From positions 156,549-220,548 of the forward strand of contig JBKJIT010000003.1 of the NCBI GenBank assembly GCA_046598345.1: a stretch of DNA of 64,000 nt, read 5' to 3'. The DNA comes from Minisyncoccia bacterium. Its GTDB lineage: Bacteria; Patescibacteriota; Minisyncoccia; Phycocordibacterales; UBA918. The notes under the pieces are model-generated. The model searched no databases and was not told where the DNA came from. It saw nothing but the letters and a program-made list of their open reading frames with translations. Positions within the stretch are counted from its first letter, which is position 1; each line of letters starts with the position of its first letter. A program made the translations under genes and the position numbers. Shown here in pieces: positions 48,285 through 58,184 of the stretch.

Positions 48285-48860
48285 ATGAATAAAAAATTCT
48301 TATACGCTATTTTTGTTGTTCTACTCCTCGCAGGTGCACTTCTCTTCCGTGAATATGGTACTGGTGACAAAGCAGTAGTAATTCAGAATGATTATAAAAA
48401 TACTGATTACGTTATTGAAGGGAGGCACATCAAACTTCTTAACGGTGTGTCAGAAGTAGAATCTGCACCTGGTTCTGCATCCAAAACCATAACTCGATAT
48501 TTTGGTAATGAACTAAAAACTGACCTTAACAATGATGGTCGCGACGACGTGGTGTTCCTACTCACACAGGAAACAGGGGGAACCGGCACATTTTTCTATG
48601 CTGTCGCTGCTCTTAATACTGAAGATGGATATCTTGGTTCCGATGGTTTTTTGCTTGGAGATAGGGTTGCTCCGCAATCGACTGAATTGAGTAGAAACGG
48701 AAGACATAAAAATGTTGTCGTCATAAACTATGCAGACCGCGCACAAAACGATTCTATGGATGTTACGCCGTCACTCAACAAGAGTGTTTATTTGAAACTT
48801 GATCCAGTAAGCAAACAGTGGGGTGTTGTAGAAGCAAATTTTGAAGGTGAATCGAGATAG
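48285..48860 (+). CDS. hypothetical membrane-anchored or secreted protein
   Basis: N-terminal TM segment FLYAIFVVLLLAGALLF; no motif recognised. Confidence 0.5.
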   Translation: MNKKFLYAIFVVLLLAGALLFREYGTGDKAVVIQNDYKNTDYVIEGRHIKLLNGVSEVESAPGSASKTITRYFGNELKTDLNNDGRDDVVFLLTQETGGTGTFFYAVAALNTEDGYLGSDGFLLGDRVAPQSTELSRNGRHKNVVVINYADRAQNDSMDVTPSLNKSVYLKLDPVSKQWGVVEANFEGESR

Positions 48861-48913
48861 TGAGGCATCAACGCACTCTCAACTTGGTGCTTGAGTATCT
48901 TGCTGTGATAAAA

Positions 48914-48964
48914 AAGTTCGAACATGTCCTAAACAGCGTTGCCACAGGGTAACCTAGTGGAGGA
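48914..48964 (+). repeat. composite intergenic repeat: AAGTTCGAACATGTCCTAAACAGC followed by one GGTAACC palindromic unit
   Basis: matches 56084-56159 and 57353-57370. Confidence 0.65.
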
Positions 48965-49095
48965 ACTGCACTAACAAATCTTAGATAAAGCAAAAAATAT
49001 TAAATCCGACGACAGAAATTGTCTAGGAAGCCCTATAGCAATGCTATAATTGCATCAGTGCAGTTTCCAGAATAAAATCTGAACTATTACCTAGT

Positions 49096-49133
49096 ATGTA
49101 AAGTCGACTTGACATGTGTGTAGCTCGTGCATT
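49096..49133 (+). promoter_or_regulatory. sigma70-like promoter candidate: TTGACA -35 element (49106-49111) with an A/T-rich downstream region; no convincing -10 hexamer identified
   Basis: TTGACA hexamer plus AT-rich sequence about 50 nt upstream of the XRE gene. Confidence 0.4.
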
Positions 49134-49158
49134 ATAGTGTATATAAATCAGAAATGAT

Positions 49159-49371
49159 ATGGGAGAATATATTTCAAACACTGTGTATACCTTACGTACC
49201 AAAAAAAATCTCACTCAAGAAGAGTTTGCTCAAAAACTTGGTATTACAAGACAAACCGTTATTTCAATCGAAAAGGGAAATTACACCCCTTCAGTATTAT
49301 TGGCCCTTAAAATCGCGTCTGTTTTTAAAGTACGAGTCGAAGATATTTTTACTATTACCTATGACAAATAA
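49159..49371 (+). CDS. XRE-family helix-turn-helix transcriptional regulator
   Basis: KKNLTQEEFAQKLGITRQTVISIEKGNYTPSVLLALKIASVF, the classic HTH_3 motif. Confidence 0.8.
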   Translation: MGEYISNTVYTLRTKKNLTQEEFAQKLGITRQTVISIEKGNYTPSVLLALKIASVFKVRVEDIFTITYDK

Positions 49372-49726
49372 TAAAATTATTCACATTAGTATTGCAGTAC
49401 TTCTTGTCGTGTTCCTCACACTATTATCTGATCCGTTTATGTACTGGATGCCAATGGGTTTACAAATGGTGGCACTGCTTGGAGCGGCCGTACTTGGAGC
49501 GGTTTGGTCTGGATTTGTGATGTATGAACGTGCACCTGATGAACGTGAAGCGATTCATCGAATGCATGCAGGGCGTATGGCCTACCTTTCAGGAATTATG
49601 ATACTTACTATTGCGTTGGTGACACAAGGACTAGCTCATGATATCGACCCGTGGATTTCTGTTGCATTGGGTACTATGGTACTCGTGAAGCTTTTTTCTC
49701 GGTTCTATTCCGAGCGATATAAGTGA
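49361..49726 (+). CDS. small membrane protein co-encoded with the XRE regulator
   Basis: internal ATG overlapping the XRE stop; three predicted TM helices. Confidence 0.5.
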   Translation: MTNNKIIHISIAVLLVVFLTLLSDPFMYWMPMGLQMVALLGAAVLGAVWSGFVMYERAPDEREAIHRMHAGRMAYLSGIMILTIALVTQGLAHDIDPWISVALGTMVLVKLFSRFYSERYK

Positions 49727-49784
49727 GGTATCAACAGTGCATATGTAAAGTATGCTTTACACATGATGTATACTGTCAGGACAC

Positions 49785-51092
49785 ATGAATACAAAAATAA
49801 TACTAGCTTTTTTAGGTACTGTAGCTCTCGTCGTGGGAGTGTTATTTTTTATTAACGCACAAAATCCAAGCGAAGAAGCTTTGTCTCTATCTAATCTTCA
49901 AAATCAAGGCGAGGTTACCGAGCCGGTTACACTTTCAGATGATAATCCTACTCCGGGGGAGTCTGCATCTGAAATTCAAGTGACAGATGAACAGACACAC
50001 AGAGAAGAAAATGCTGTGCCAGTAGCCTCAAAACAAATGGTACAGTCTTCAACGAAACTCGCACTTTTTGCCAATGGTTGTTTCTGGTGTGTGGAAGCTG
50101 ACTTAGAAAAAGTAGCTGGAGTGAAAAGCGTCATCTCGGGATATGCTGGTGGGACCACAATAAGTCCAACGTATGAGAACGCTACTGTCGGAGGGCACAG
50201 AGAGGTTGTGTTAGTAACATATGATCCCACTATCGTTAGTTACGCTAACCTTGTTGAACACATCATTAAACACGGTGATCCGACTGATGCCTCTGGATCA
50301 TTTAATGACAGAGGTCCGCAATATGCGCCGGCGATCTACTATGAGAATGACGGAGAGAAAGATGAAGCGCTTCGAGTAATTGCAGCAATCGATGCAATGA
50401 AGGTATTTTCAAATCCCTTGCCACTTCTTGTTACACCAACAGTAAAATTCTGGCCCGCAGAAGAGTATCATCAAGATTTTGCAAAGAAAAACTCACTAAA
50501 ATATGGTTATTACCGAACGGGGTCAGGAAGGAGTGCGTTTATCGAAAAAACGTGGGGCGATAGAGCGTCACGATTTGAAGTTCCTGCGCAATCACTAAAT
50601 ACAGCGCAGGAGATGAATAAAGAGATAGCATCATTCAACACTATGTCATGGAAATCATTTATAAAACCATCAGAAGACACGTTAAGGGATGTACTCACTC
50701 CTTTGCAGTATGAGGTAACACAGGAAGAAGGAACAGAATCGCCCTTCAAAAATGAATACGACAAAAACTGGAAGGAGGGTATATACGTTGATATTGTTTC
50801 CGGAGAGCCTTTGTACCTTTCAAAGGATAAGTATGATTCTGGAACTGGCTGGCCGTCATTTGTGAAGCCAATTTCAATTGATGTCGTCACATTAAAAGTG
50901 GACAAGGGATTATTCAGTACACGTACAGAAGTACGTTCGCGCTATGCCGACTCGCACATTGGTCATGTTTTTGACGACGGACCTACCGATCGTGGCGGTA
51001 AACGGTACTGTATGAATTCTGCGGCGTTGCGTTTCGTTGCTAAGGCAGAAATGGAAAAAGAGGGGTATGGGTACCTACTCACACAAATGTAA
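49785..51092 (+). CDS. msrAB: bifunctional peptide methionine sulfoxide reductase MsrA/MsrB, membrane-anchored (extracytoplasmic type)
   Basis: N-terminal TM segment; GCFWCVE (MsrA active site) and GWPSF...HIGHVF...RYCMNSAAL (MsrB). Confidence 0.85.
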   Translation: MNTKIILAFLGTVALVVGVLFFINAQNPSEEALSLSNLQNQGEVTEPVTLSDDNPTPGESASEIQVTDEQTHREENAVPVASKQMVQSSTKLALFANGCFWCVEADLEKVAGVKSVISGYAGGTTISPTYENATVGGHREVVLVTYDPTIVSYANLVEHIIKHGDPTDASGSFNDRGPQYAPAIYYENDGEKDEALRVIAAIDAMKVFSNPLPLLVTPTVKFWPAEEYHQDFAKKNSLKYGYYRTGSGRSAFIEKTWGDRASRFEVPAQSLNTAQEMNKEIASFNTMSWKSFIKPSEDTLRDVLTPLQYEVTQEEGTESPFKNEYDKNWKEGIYVDIVSGEPLYLSKDKYDSGTGWPSFVKPISIDVVTLKVDKGLFSTRTEVRSRYADSHIGHVFDDGPTDRGGKRYCMNSAALRFVAKAEMEKEGYGYLLTQM

Positions 51093-51094
51093 CT

Positions 51095-51760
51095 ATGCAA
51101 AGGAAGTACATCGTTCTTGTTCTTGGTTGTATAGCATTTGCTGGAATGCTTTTTGTACTCCACCAGTCAGGTGTACTTTCTGAATTCCAAGGTGAGGAGC
51201 TTAAACGCACCATTCTTGGGTTCGGAGTATTGGCTCCGATCGTGTACATGTCGTTGTATGCTCTCGCGTCAGTATTGTTTATTCCTGGAAGTCCTCTAAC
51301 TCTTGCGGGAGGGGCACTTTTTGGTCCGTTATATGGAACAATATATACCATAGTGGGGGCAACCATTGGCGCACTTCTGGCGTTCACTTTATCGCGAACA
51401 CTTGGTCGAAAGTTTATCTCATTCGGAAATGGAAGTGTGTCACAAAAACTCCAGACATACGACGTAAAAATTGCTCAGCATGGATTTCTGATGGTATTGT
51501 TTCTACGATTTGTACCGCTATTTCCATTTAATGGACTCAACTTTGCACTTGGATTAACAAAAGTGTCATATAGGGATTACTTCCTCGGAACCTTTTTGGG
51601 CATTATTCCAGGTACATTTGCATACGTCTATTTTGGAGACTCACTCGCAACACTCAGTCCATTAAGAATTGTTAGCGCAGTGGCTCTTGTTGTTGCCCTG
51701 ACTCTCTTGGGAAGATATGTTCTGAAACGCTATCAGAGTAACAATGCACAGTTGCTATGA
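51095..51760 (+). CDS. DedA / TVP38-TMEM64 family membrane protein
   Basis: FIPGSPLTLAGGALFGPLYGTIYTIVGATIGALLAF signature. Confidence 0.75.
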   Translation: MQRKYIVLVLGCIAFAGMLFVLHQSGVLSEFQGEELKRTILGFGVLAPIVYMSLYALASVLFIPGSPLTLAGGALFGPLYGTIYTIVGATIGALLAFTLSRTLGRKFISFGNGSVSQKLQTYDVKIAQHGFLMVLFLRFVPLFPFNGLNFALGLTKVSYRDYFLGTFLGIIPGTFAYVYFGDSLATLSPLRIVSAVALVVALTLLGRYVLKRYQSNNAQLL

Positions 51761-53184
51761 AAAAAGAAAATATATTCGACATCATTGTTATTGGGGCGGG
51801 ATCAGGTGGTTTGAACATCGCGTCATTTATTAATCGTGTTGGGCTCAAAGTGCTTTTGATAGACAAAAGTAATGCACATATCGGAGGCGATTGTCTTAAT
51901 TTTGGATGTGTTCCTTCTAAGGCCTTAATTCATGTTGCACGAACAGTGCGCGAGGCACAACGTGCCACTCGCTTCGGCCTCACTGTTAGTGGTGAGGTAG
52001 ATTGGCAAAAAGTTCGTTCCTATATACAACAAAAACAAGACATCATTCGTACACATGAAAACGCTGACTGGTTTCGGTCAAAAGGAATGTCAGTTGTACT
52101 AGGGAAGGCTTCTTTTGTCTCAAAAAATACAGTCGCAGTTAATGAGGTTGCCTATCAAGGGAAAAAGATTGTGCTTGCGACAGGTTCACGTCCGAGAGTG
52201 TTGGAAGGAAAAGGTATAGAGCAAGTAACAAGAGTTCTGAACAATGAAAATGTATTTACTATGGAGACATTGCCACAGAGCCTGTTAGTGCTTGGTGGGG
52301 GTCCAATCGGTATTGAAATTGCACAGGCACTCTCCTATCTAGGCTCAAAAGTGACTGTTGTTGATCCTGGCACTCAGATTCTTAGTAAGGAAGATAGAGA
52401 CATTGCTGATGTACTCCAAGGACAGATGAAGAACGAGGGAGTACAATTTCTTTTAGAACACACATTAAAAGAATTTACCTCTCCTACAGAAGCGGTTTTC
52501 ATGACGAACGATGGTATTGAAGTCAGGGTTACGTTTGACGCAGTCTTCATTGGGATTGGTCGCGTTTTAAATATTGAGGGGTTGGAATTAGAGAAAGCTG
52601 GCATCGAAATAGATGAAAAAGGGAAACTTGTTGTTGATGCATATTTGAGTACCACTAATAAAAACGTCTTCGCATGTGGTGATGTTGCTGGAAACTATCA
52701 GTTTACGCATGCTGCAGAAATGCACGCAAGCGTTATTTTAAAAAACTTCTTTTCACCGTTTAAGAAAAAATTTAATGGGGACTCAATTTCCTGGACTACG
52801 TACACGACTCCTGAAATAGCGACATTTGGTGTGCAAGAAACAGAACTCAAAAAAAGAAATATTGCCTATATTGTACTTGTATCAGATTTTAACGAAGATG
52901 ATAGGGCTATTACGGATGAATACCAGTATGGAAAAGCAAAACTTTTTATTACCGAGAAAGGAAAAGTTTTGGGTGGAACCTTGGTTGCACCACATGCCGG
53001 TGAACTCATCCAAGAACTTGTACTTGCACAAACAAACGGGCTTTCAGTTCGCTCTTTGTTCAATAAAACATATGCGTATCCAACTGCTTCTCGTATTAAT
53101 AAACGTCTCGTCTCGAGCTATTTTGCGTCTAAACTTACTGCAACGACGAACACCCTACTGCGTTTTTTGTACAGACTATTTTAA
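51757..53184 (+). CDS. class I pyridine nucleotide-disulfide oxidoreductase (Lpd/MerA-like FAD protein)
   Basis: DIIVIGAGSGGLNIA FAD-binding fold and the redox-active disulfide motif GGDCLNFGCVPSK. Confidence 0.8.
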   Translation: MKKENIFDIIVIGAGSGGLNIASFINRVGLKVLLIDKSNAHIGGDCLNFGCVPSKALIHVARTVREAQRATRFGLTVSGEVDWQKVRSYIQQKQDIIRTHENADWFRSKGMSVVLGKASFVSKNTVAVNEVAYQGKKIVLATGSRPRVLEGKGIEQVTRVLNNENVFTMETLPQSLLVLGGGPIGIEIAQALSYLGSKVTVVDPGTQILSKEDRDIADVLQGQMKNEGVQFLLEHTLKEFTSPTEAVFMTNDGIEVRVTFDAVFIGIGRVLNIEGLELEKAGIEIDEKGKLVVDAYLSTTNKNVFACGDVAGNYQFTHAAEMHASVILKNFFSPFKKKFNGDSISWTTYTTPEIATFGVQETELKKRNIAYIVLVSDFNEDDRAITDEYQYGKAKLFITEKGKVLGGTLVAPHAGELIQELVLAQTNGLSVRSLFNKTYAYPTASRINKRLVSSYFASKLTATTNTLLRFLYRLF

Positions 53185-53285
53185 GGTGAGTACGGCTGGC
53201 TATCCACATAGATAATGTAAAGTATACTTTACATTTAGATATTGAATCTATATACTTATCTCTATTAATACGCAATCATAAAAAT

Positions 53286-53930
53286 ATGAATAAAAATATA
53301 GGAATTGTTGTTGGGGCGATAGCACTCGTTGTCATTGTTGGAGGAGTCTTCGCTTCAATCAGCGACACAGATAATGCCGCGATGATGGAGAAGCAAAAGA
53401 TGGAGCAGGTGGCGATGGAGAAAGAAAAAATGGAAAAGGAAGCAATGCTGAAAGAGCAGATGATGAAAGATGAAGCAATGGAGAAGGATGCATTGACAAA
53501 AGCAGAGGACTCAATGATGAAAGAGGATGACGCAACTATGATGGAAAAAGACGAGGGGGCGATGATGGACACGTCGACAGACGGTACTTTGATGAAAGAC
53601 GAGCAAGTCATGATGAAAGCGGGTTCATATGAGTCGTATGCATCTACAAAGGTTGCGATGGCTTCCGTAAGCCACGACGTCGTACTCTTTTTCCGTGCGA
53701 GCTGGTGCCCGACCTGTAGGGCAGTAGATGCAGACATCAAGGCCCATCTAAAAGATATTCCTGGGACTCTCTCTATCCTCGACGTAGACTACGACAATTC
53801 AACTGATCTCAAGAAAAAGTATGGGGTTACCTATCAGCACACATTTGTGCAAGTCGATGCACAAGGAAATCTCATCAAAAAGTGGAGTGGCAGTCCGACG
53901 CTCTCAGCACTTGTTGCGGAAGTAAAATAA
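53286..53930 (+). CDS. membrane-anchored thioredoxin-like protein with a Met/Lys/Glu-rich linker
   Basis: TM anchor, about 90 aa containing more than 20 Met (AMMEKQKMEQVAMEKEKMEKEAMLKEQMMKDEAMEKD...), then a thioredoxin fold with WCPTC. Confidence 0.7.
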   Translation: MNKNIGIVVGAIALVVIVGGVFASISDTDNAAMMEKQKMEQVAMEKEKMEKEAMLKEQMMKDEAMEKDALTKAEDSMMKEDDATMMEKDEGAMMDTSTDGTLMKDEQVMMKAGSYESYASTKVAMASVSHDVVLFFRASWCPTCRAVDADIKAHLKDIPGTLSILDVDYDNSTDLKKKYGVTYQHTFVQVDAQGNLIKKWSGSPTLSALVAEVK

Positions 53931-53934
53931 CACA

Positions 53935-55314
53935 ATGGTACTCCTACTCGTATCATTCATAGCTGGAGTACTGACGGTACTTGCGCCCTGCGTACTCCCG
54001 CTTCTTCCAGTGATTGTGGGTGGAAGTATTGGTGGTGGCAAGAGCTGGAAGCGTGCAATAACCGTTACCGCGTCACTTGCGGTTTCGGTTATTGTGTTTA
54101 CACTTCTCATAAAAGCGAGTACGCTTTTTATCGACATACCGCAGGATTTCTGGAAGTGGTTTTCCGGTAGTATTATCATCGTTTTCGGGCTCGTTACTGT
54201 TTTCCCGAACCTGTGGGAGAAATTGCCCTTTCTCTCAAAACTAAGCATTGGAAGCAATAAGTTGCTTTCCACTGGTTACCAAAAACAAAACTTCGTAGGC
54301 GATGCTATTGTCGGCGCGTCGCTCGGTCCAGTGTTCTCGACGTGTAGCCCGACGTATTTTCTTGTATTAGCTGCAGTACTTCCTGAAAATCTTGGTTTGG
54401 GCATACTGTACCTCATTGCTTATTCTTTCGGACTCTCACTCTCGCTCCTACTCGTTGCTTTTGTTGGACAGAAGATTATAGACAGGGCAGGAGTTGTTGC
54501 AAACTCGCATGGCTGGTTTAAGAAAACTCTTGGAGTACTGTTTCTGATTGTAGGCATCGCGATAATTTTCGGAGTGGACAAATCACTCCAAGTAAAAGTA
54601 CTCGATGCAGGATTTTTTGACGTAACAAAGATTGAGCAAAAATTGCTTGAATTAGTCCCTCGAGGTAAAGGGGAAGACGTCTCGGTTATACGTGAAAAAG
54701 AGGGAGTGGCACCAGTACCAGTGATTGTTGCTGAAGCAAAACCTGTTGTAGAGAAAGAAATGCCTGTGACTGTATCCGATATAGAGAATAACACTGTAGT
54801 ACAATCAGTTATTTCTCCTGCACCTGTTCGTGATGTAGAAAGTTTGGACGTGCGTGCTCCAGAAATAGTAAATCCTAGTGGGTTTATCAATACGGATGGA
54901 AAGCCAATTACTTTCGGAGAATTTAAAGGAAAGAAAGTGGTTCTGGTAAGTTTCTGGACATACAGCTGTATAAACTGCCAACGCACATTGCCATACCTAA
55001 ACTCATGGTATGAAAAGTATAAGGATCAAGGATTGGAAATAGTGAGTATCCACACACCAGAGTTTGCGTACGAGCAGGTCTTAAAAAATGTTGAAAAAGA
55101 GGTACTCAACACATACGACATCAAATATCCCGTGGTTCTCGACAACGACTATAGTACGTGGAAAGCGTTTGGAAATCGTTATTGGCCGAGGAAGTATCTC
55201 GTTGATATTGATGGGTATATCGTATATGACCATATTGGTGAAGGGGCGTATGATGAGACAGAAGAAGAGATACAGGAAGCACTCAAAAAACGCGCAGAAC
55301 GATTAGGTCAATAA
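53935..55314 (+). CDS. CcdA/DsbD-type membrane thiol-disulfide transporter fused to a thioredoxin-like (TlpA/ResA-like) domain
   Basis: LAPCVLPLLP two-Cys TM motif in a six-TM domain; C-terminal WTYSCINCQ thioredoxin CxxC. Confidence 0.8.
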   Translation: MVLLLVSFIAGVLTVLAPCVLPLLPVIVGGSIGGGKSWKRAITVTASLAVSVIVFTLLIKASTLFIDIPQDFWKWFSGSIIIVFGLVTVFPNLWEKLPFLSKLSIGSNKLLSTGYQKQNFVGDAIVGASLGPVFSTCSPTYFLVLAAVLPENLGLGILYLIAYSFGLSLSLLLVAFVGQKIIDRAGVVANSHGWFKKTLGVLFLIVGIAIIFGVDKSLQVKVLDAGFFDVTKIEQKLLELVPRGKGEDVSVIREKEGVAPVPVIVAEAKPVVEKEMPVTVSDIENNTVVQSVISPAPVRDVESLDVRAPEIVNPSGFINTDGKPITFGEFKGKKVVLVSFWTYSCINCQRTLPYLNSWYEKYKDQGLEIVSIHTPEFAYEQVLKNVEKEVLNTYDIKYPVVLDNDYSTWKAFGNRYWPRKYLVDIDGYIVYDHIGEGAYDETEEEIQEALKKRAERLGQ

Positions 55315-55339
55315 TGAGGGTCGTGTGACTGTGTGAAAT

Positions 55340-55915
55340 ATGTATAAAAAAATTATTTTCGGAGTTGTAGCCATTGTTTTTGTAAGTGTTGTGTATTACG
55401 GTATTTCGCCACTATTCAGAAACACTCGCATTGACGAAGTTGCACCAGTCTCGAAAGAGTCGCCGTTTGCAACTTCTTCAGGCGCAATAGTGGAGACCGA
55501 AGATTCTATGTCAGAGGAAAAATCATCACCAAGCGGGATGAAAAAACCAGTTGATGATACCTTAACTCAACCACGACCCAAAGAGGAGTTACCACTGACG
55601 GTAGTCTCATCACCTATTATTGGTACCACGGGGCATCCTGCAAGCGGAACTGCTCGAATCATCAATACGGAAGGTGGTGCTGTGATTCGCTATGAGAATT
55701 TTAAGACACTTAATGGTCCAGATTTGTTTGTCTATCTGGCAAAAGACCTCGACGCAGAAAGTTTTATAAATCTCGGTGAATTAAAAGCGACTGAAGGTAA
55801 TGTGAATTACGCTGTGCCCACAAATGTAGATGTGAATGAATACAAATACGTCATGGTGTGGTGCAGGCAGTTTGGCGTACTCTTTAATTATGCGGACCTG
55901 TCTTTGATTCGCTAG
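55340..55915 (+). CDS. DM13-domain protein (putative electron-transfer domain), membrane-anchored
   Basis: IRYENFKTLNGPDLFVYLAKD resembles the DM13 signature. Confidence 0.55.
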   Translation: MYKKIIFGVVAIVFVSVVYYGISPLFRNTRIDEVAPVSKESPFATSSGAIVETEDSMSEEKSSPSGMKKPVDDTLTQPRPKEELPLTVVSSPIIGTTGHPASGTARIINTEGGAVIRYENFKTLNGPDLFVYLAKDLDAESFINLGELKATEGNVNYAVPTNVDVNEYKYVMVWCRQFGVLFNYADLSLIR

Positions 55916-56083
55916 TGTATACAGCACAATCTAGAATCTTCAAATGAGACGTAGACCGAGACGGGTGTTTTCTGTCACATTTGTATCAGGTCAAAACAGA
56001 TACATTGACGGAAAAACTGAGTTGATTAACAAAGTGCTTGATGAATCTGGATTTGTGAGGTGGAAAGCCAATCTTCCTTAAAG

Positions 56084-56190
56084 AAGTTCGTACATCGTCC
56101 CAAACGGCAATTTAGACATTTAAAAAAATGATGTTGTCACAGGGTAACCTTGTGGAGGAAATGATGTTGTCACAGGCTAACCCTATGGAG
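56084..56190 (+). repeat. composite intergenic repeat: AAGTTCGTACATCGTCCCAAACGGC plus tagacatttaaaaaaatgatg plus two GGTAACC-type palindromic units
   Basis: about 80 nt nearly identical to 47401-47477. Confidence 0.7.
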
Positions 56191-56215
56191 TTATTGGTAG
56201 GTGTATAATTTCGTG

Positions 56216-56749
56216 ATGAAAAATGACAAATACTCTTATAAGGATAGAAAGTACGGAATTGTTTCTTATGACCCAAATTGGGTCCATGCATTTGAAAGCC
56301 TTAGAAAGAAAATCCAACTAATATTTGGTGACGTTTCGATAGAGCATATCGGTAGTACAGCAGTTCCAAACATGTCAGGAAAACCCTGCATTGATGTGCT
56401 AGTTATGATTGATAATTTAGATTCTATAGAACATCATATCGATGAAATGCGTGAAAAGGGATTTGAATATGTGGGAGAACTTGTGGTGGAAGACTCACGC
56501 CTTTTTAGAGTGATGGAAGAGAACATATCACTGGCCAATATTCACTTTTTTCCTAAAGATCATCCACACAATAGCGAGATGCTTGCCATGAGAGATTACC
56601 TTCGAAGTCATCCTGAAGAAGTTGAGGCCTATTCTCAACTAAAAGAGAATTTGTATGCAAAGTACTCTGATGAATATGCTTTGTATAGGAAAGAGAAAGA
56701 TGAATATATGAATGAACTAATGAAGCGAATACGCGATGTCACAATCTAA
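56216..56749 (+). CDS. GrpB-family (nucleotidyltransferase-like) protein
   Basis: YDPNWVHAFESLRKKI...IEHIGSTAVPNMSGKPCIDVLV pattern; a TATAAT hexamer lies just upstream; the track's start is a GTG at 56201. Confidence 0.65.
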   Translation: MKNDKYSYKDRKYGIVSYDPNWVHAFESLRKKIQLIFGDVSIEHIGSTAVPNMSGKPCIDVLVMIDNLDSIEHHIDEMREKGFEYVGELVVEDSRLFRVMEENISLANIHFFPKDHPHNSEMLAMRDYLRSHPEEVEAYSQLKENLYAKYSDEYALYRKEKDEYMNELMKRIRDVTI

Positions 56750-56751
56750 AA

Positions 56752-56769
56752 ATGTTCTTACATCGTCCA
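56752..56769 (+). repeat. AATGTTCTTACATCGTCC motif copy 2 nt after the GrpB stop
   Basis: matches the AAGTTCCAACATCGTCCC family. Confidence 0.6.
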
Positions 56770-56805
56770 TACAGCTCAGCTAAAGAATTTTGCTATAATG
56801 CAAAA

Positions 56806-57351
56806 ATGAAAAAGATTAAAAGTATTTCGTATGATGAAGTTGTCACATTCTTTGAAAAGGAACACCCTGTGGATGAAACATCACCTAACTTTGCTGGGAA
56901 TAAATGGGCAATGAAACACTTGGAGTGGGCAAATGACGTTTCTAAAGGAGAATGGACGTTATGCGAATTAGAACCTGAGGATATACTCGGGATTGTCTTT
57001 TCTCATCATACGTCAGAAGAAACAGAACACAGTTTAATTAATGTGCAGGGCATGACACTCAACCAAACGCTCACCTTAATGAAAGAAAATAATGTTGAAT
57101 ATGCAAAAAACAATCCAGTTTGTTGGTCAAAAATCATGTATTGGCAAAATAAAGATTTTTCGCCGGTACTTTTAAGTACTCGCCCTACTCCAGGAAAAGG
57201 TAAAAGGAGCGATGTGGATATAAATTTAGGAAATCTATTTCATCAAGACGGTTTGCATAGATTAATAAGATGGGGTCTTGATGGAAGGTTTGAACTAAAT
57301 AAGTATTCTCAAGGACCCAAATTAACAGCTTTTGTTTCTGGTCGAATTTAA
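56806..57351 (+). CDS. hypothetical protein (182 aa)
   Basis: start at the ATG following tgctataatgcaaaa; the track's extension from 56752 translates the repeat motif. Confidence 0.45.
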   Translation: MKKIKSISYDEVVTFFEKEHPVDETSPNFAGNKWAMKHLEWANDVSKGEWTLCELEPEDILGIVFSHHTSEETEHSLINVQGMTLNQTLTLMKENNVEYAKNNPVCWSKIMYWQNKDFSPVLLSTRPTPGKGKRSDVDINLGNLFHQDGLHRLIRWGLDGRFELNKYSQGPKLTAFVSGRI

Positions 57352-57352
57352 A

Positions 57353-57370
57353 AAGTTCCAACATCGTCCC
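57353..57370 (+). repeat. AAGTTCCAACATCGTCCC motif copy immediately after a stop codon
   Basis: read directly from sequence. Confidence 0.6.
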
Positions 57371-57706
57371 AGACAGCGGAGCTTACTAACTAAGTGAACC
57401 TTACATTTGGGTGCCCATTCTTAATTACCGGCGCAAGAAGGAGAGCTAATGACAGTTCTTCATAACTAACTCATTATGTATTTGTTACGTTTTTAATACA
57501 TATGCAAACTATTTAGCATATGAGAACCAACATAAATGGAATACATACAATTCCTTACTATCAAAAGACTGCATCTATAAATATTAATTTTTAAGAGTTA
57601 CATGACTTAAAATATTTTTGTGTTTGGTACCTATCAGGTAATGCTGATACAACCATGTACTCAATCAAGCGATTTTAGAACACAATTATAAAAATTAAAT
57701 AGAATT

Positions 57707-57964
57707 ATGAATATGGATAACCCAAATATGAACGACGCAGGTCACGATCGAAAGGAGTGGTGGGATGCAAAAAAAGCTGAGCATGAGGCACGATTAGAAA
57801 AAATGGATGCAGAAAAACGATTGGAAGCCAATGATGCGTTCAAAAACTTCAGTGAAGAATTTGACGCTGCAACTGATTGGACTGATGCTAGTTGGGATCA
57901 ATTTAAAGCAAAGGTTAGTAAGACATGGAATGCAGGAGAGGTAGAAGTAGATAACAAAATCTAA
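57707..57964 (+). CDS. small acidic hypothetical protein (85 aa)
   Basis: ORF after about 330 nt of AT-rich non-coding DNA; followed by a strong terminator. Confidence 0.35.
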   Translation: MNMDNPNMNDAGHDRKEWWDAKKAEHEARLEKMDAEKRLEANDAFKNFSEEFDAATDWTDASWDQFKAKVSKTWNAGEVEVDNKI

Positions 57965-57993
57965 TACCATTAGATTGTACTGATCAAGAAATC

Positions 57994-58032
57994 AAACAAC
58001 CGCCCTCTCTCACATGAGAGAGGGCGGTTGTT
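57994..58032 (+). terminator. terminator aaacaaccgccctctctc-acatg-agagagggcggttgttt
   Basis: 17-bp perfect stem. Confidence 0.7.
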
Positions 58033-58073
58033 TAGTCAGGAAGCAAAAGAATGGACTTCGGAGCAACAAAAAC

Positions 58074-58140
58074 CAATTCCAACTTCGTCCCTCATATTAA
58101 GCTCACATATACTGTTTCTCCACAGGGTTACTTTGTGGAG
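58074..58140 (+). repeat. composite repeat: AATTCCAACTTCGTCCC motif plus one palindromic unit ctccacagggttactttgtggag
   Basis: matches 59047-59064 and the GGTAACC-type units. Confidence 0.6.
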
Positions 58141-58184
58141 TTACTGATAAGTACCCACATTTTGACTGAGTACAATTAAATGCT

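Noticed and set aside
56752-56805. Longer form of the 56806 gene starting MFLHRPYSS
   Set aside because: The first 18 codons are simply the translation of the conserved intergenic motif AATGTTCTTACATCGTCC, which is translated in other frames at other copies; a TATAAT box precedes the ATG at 56806.
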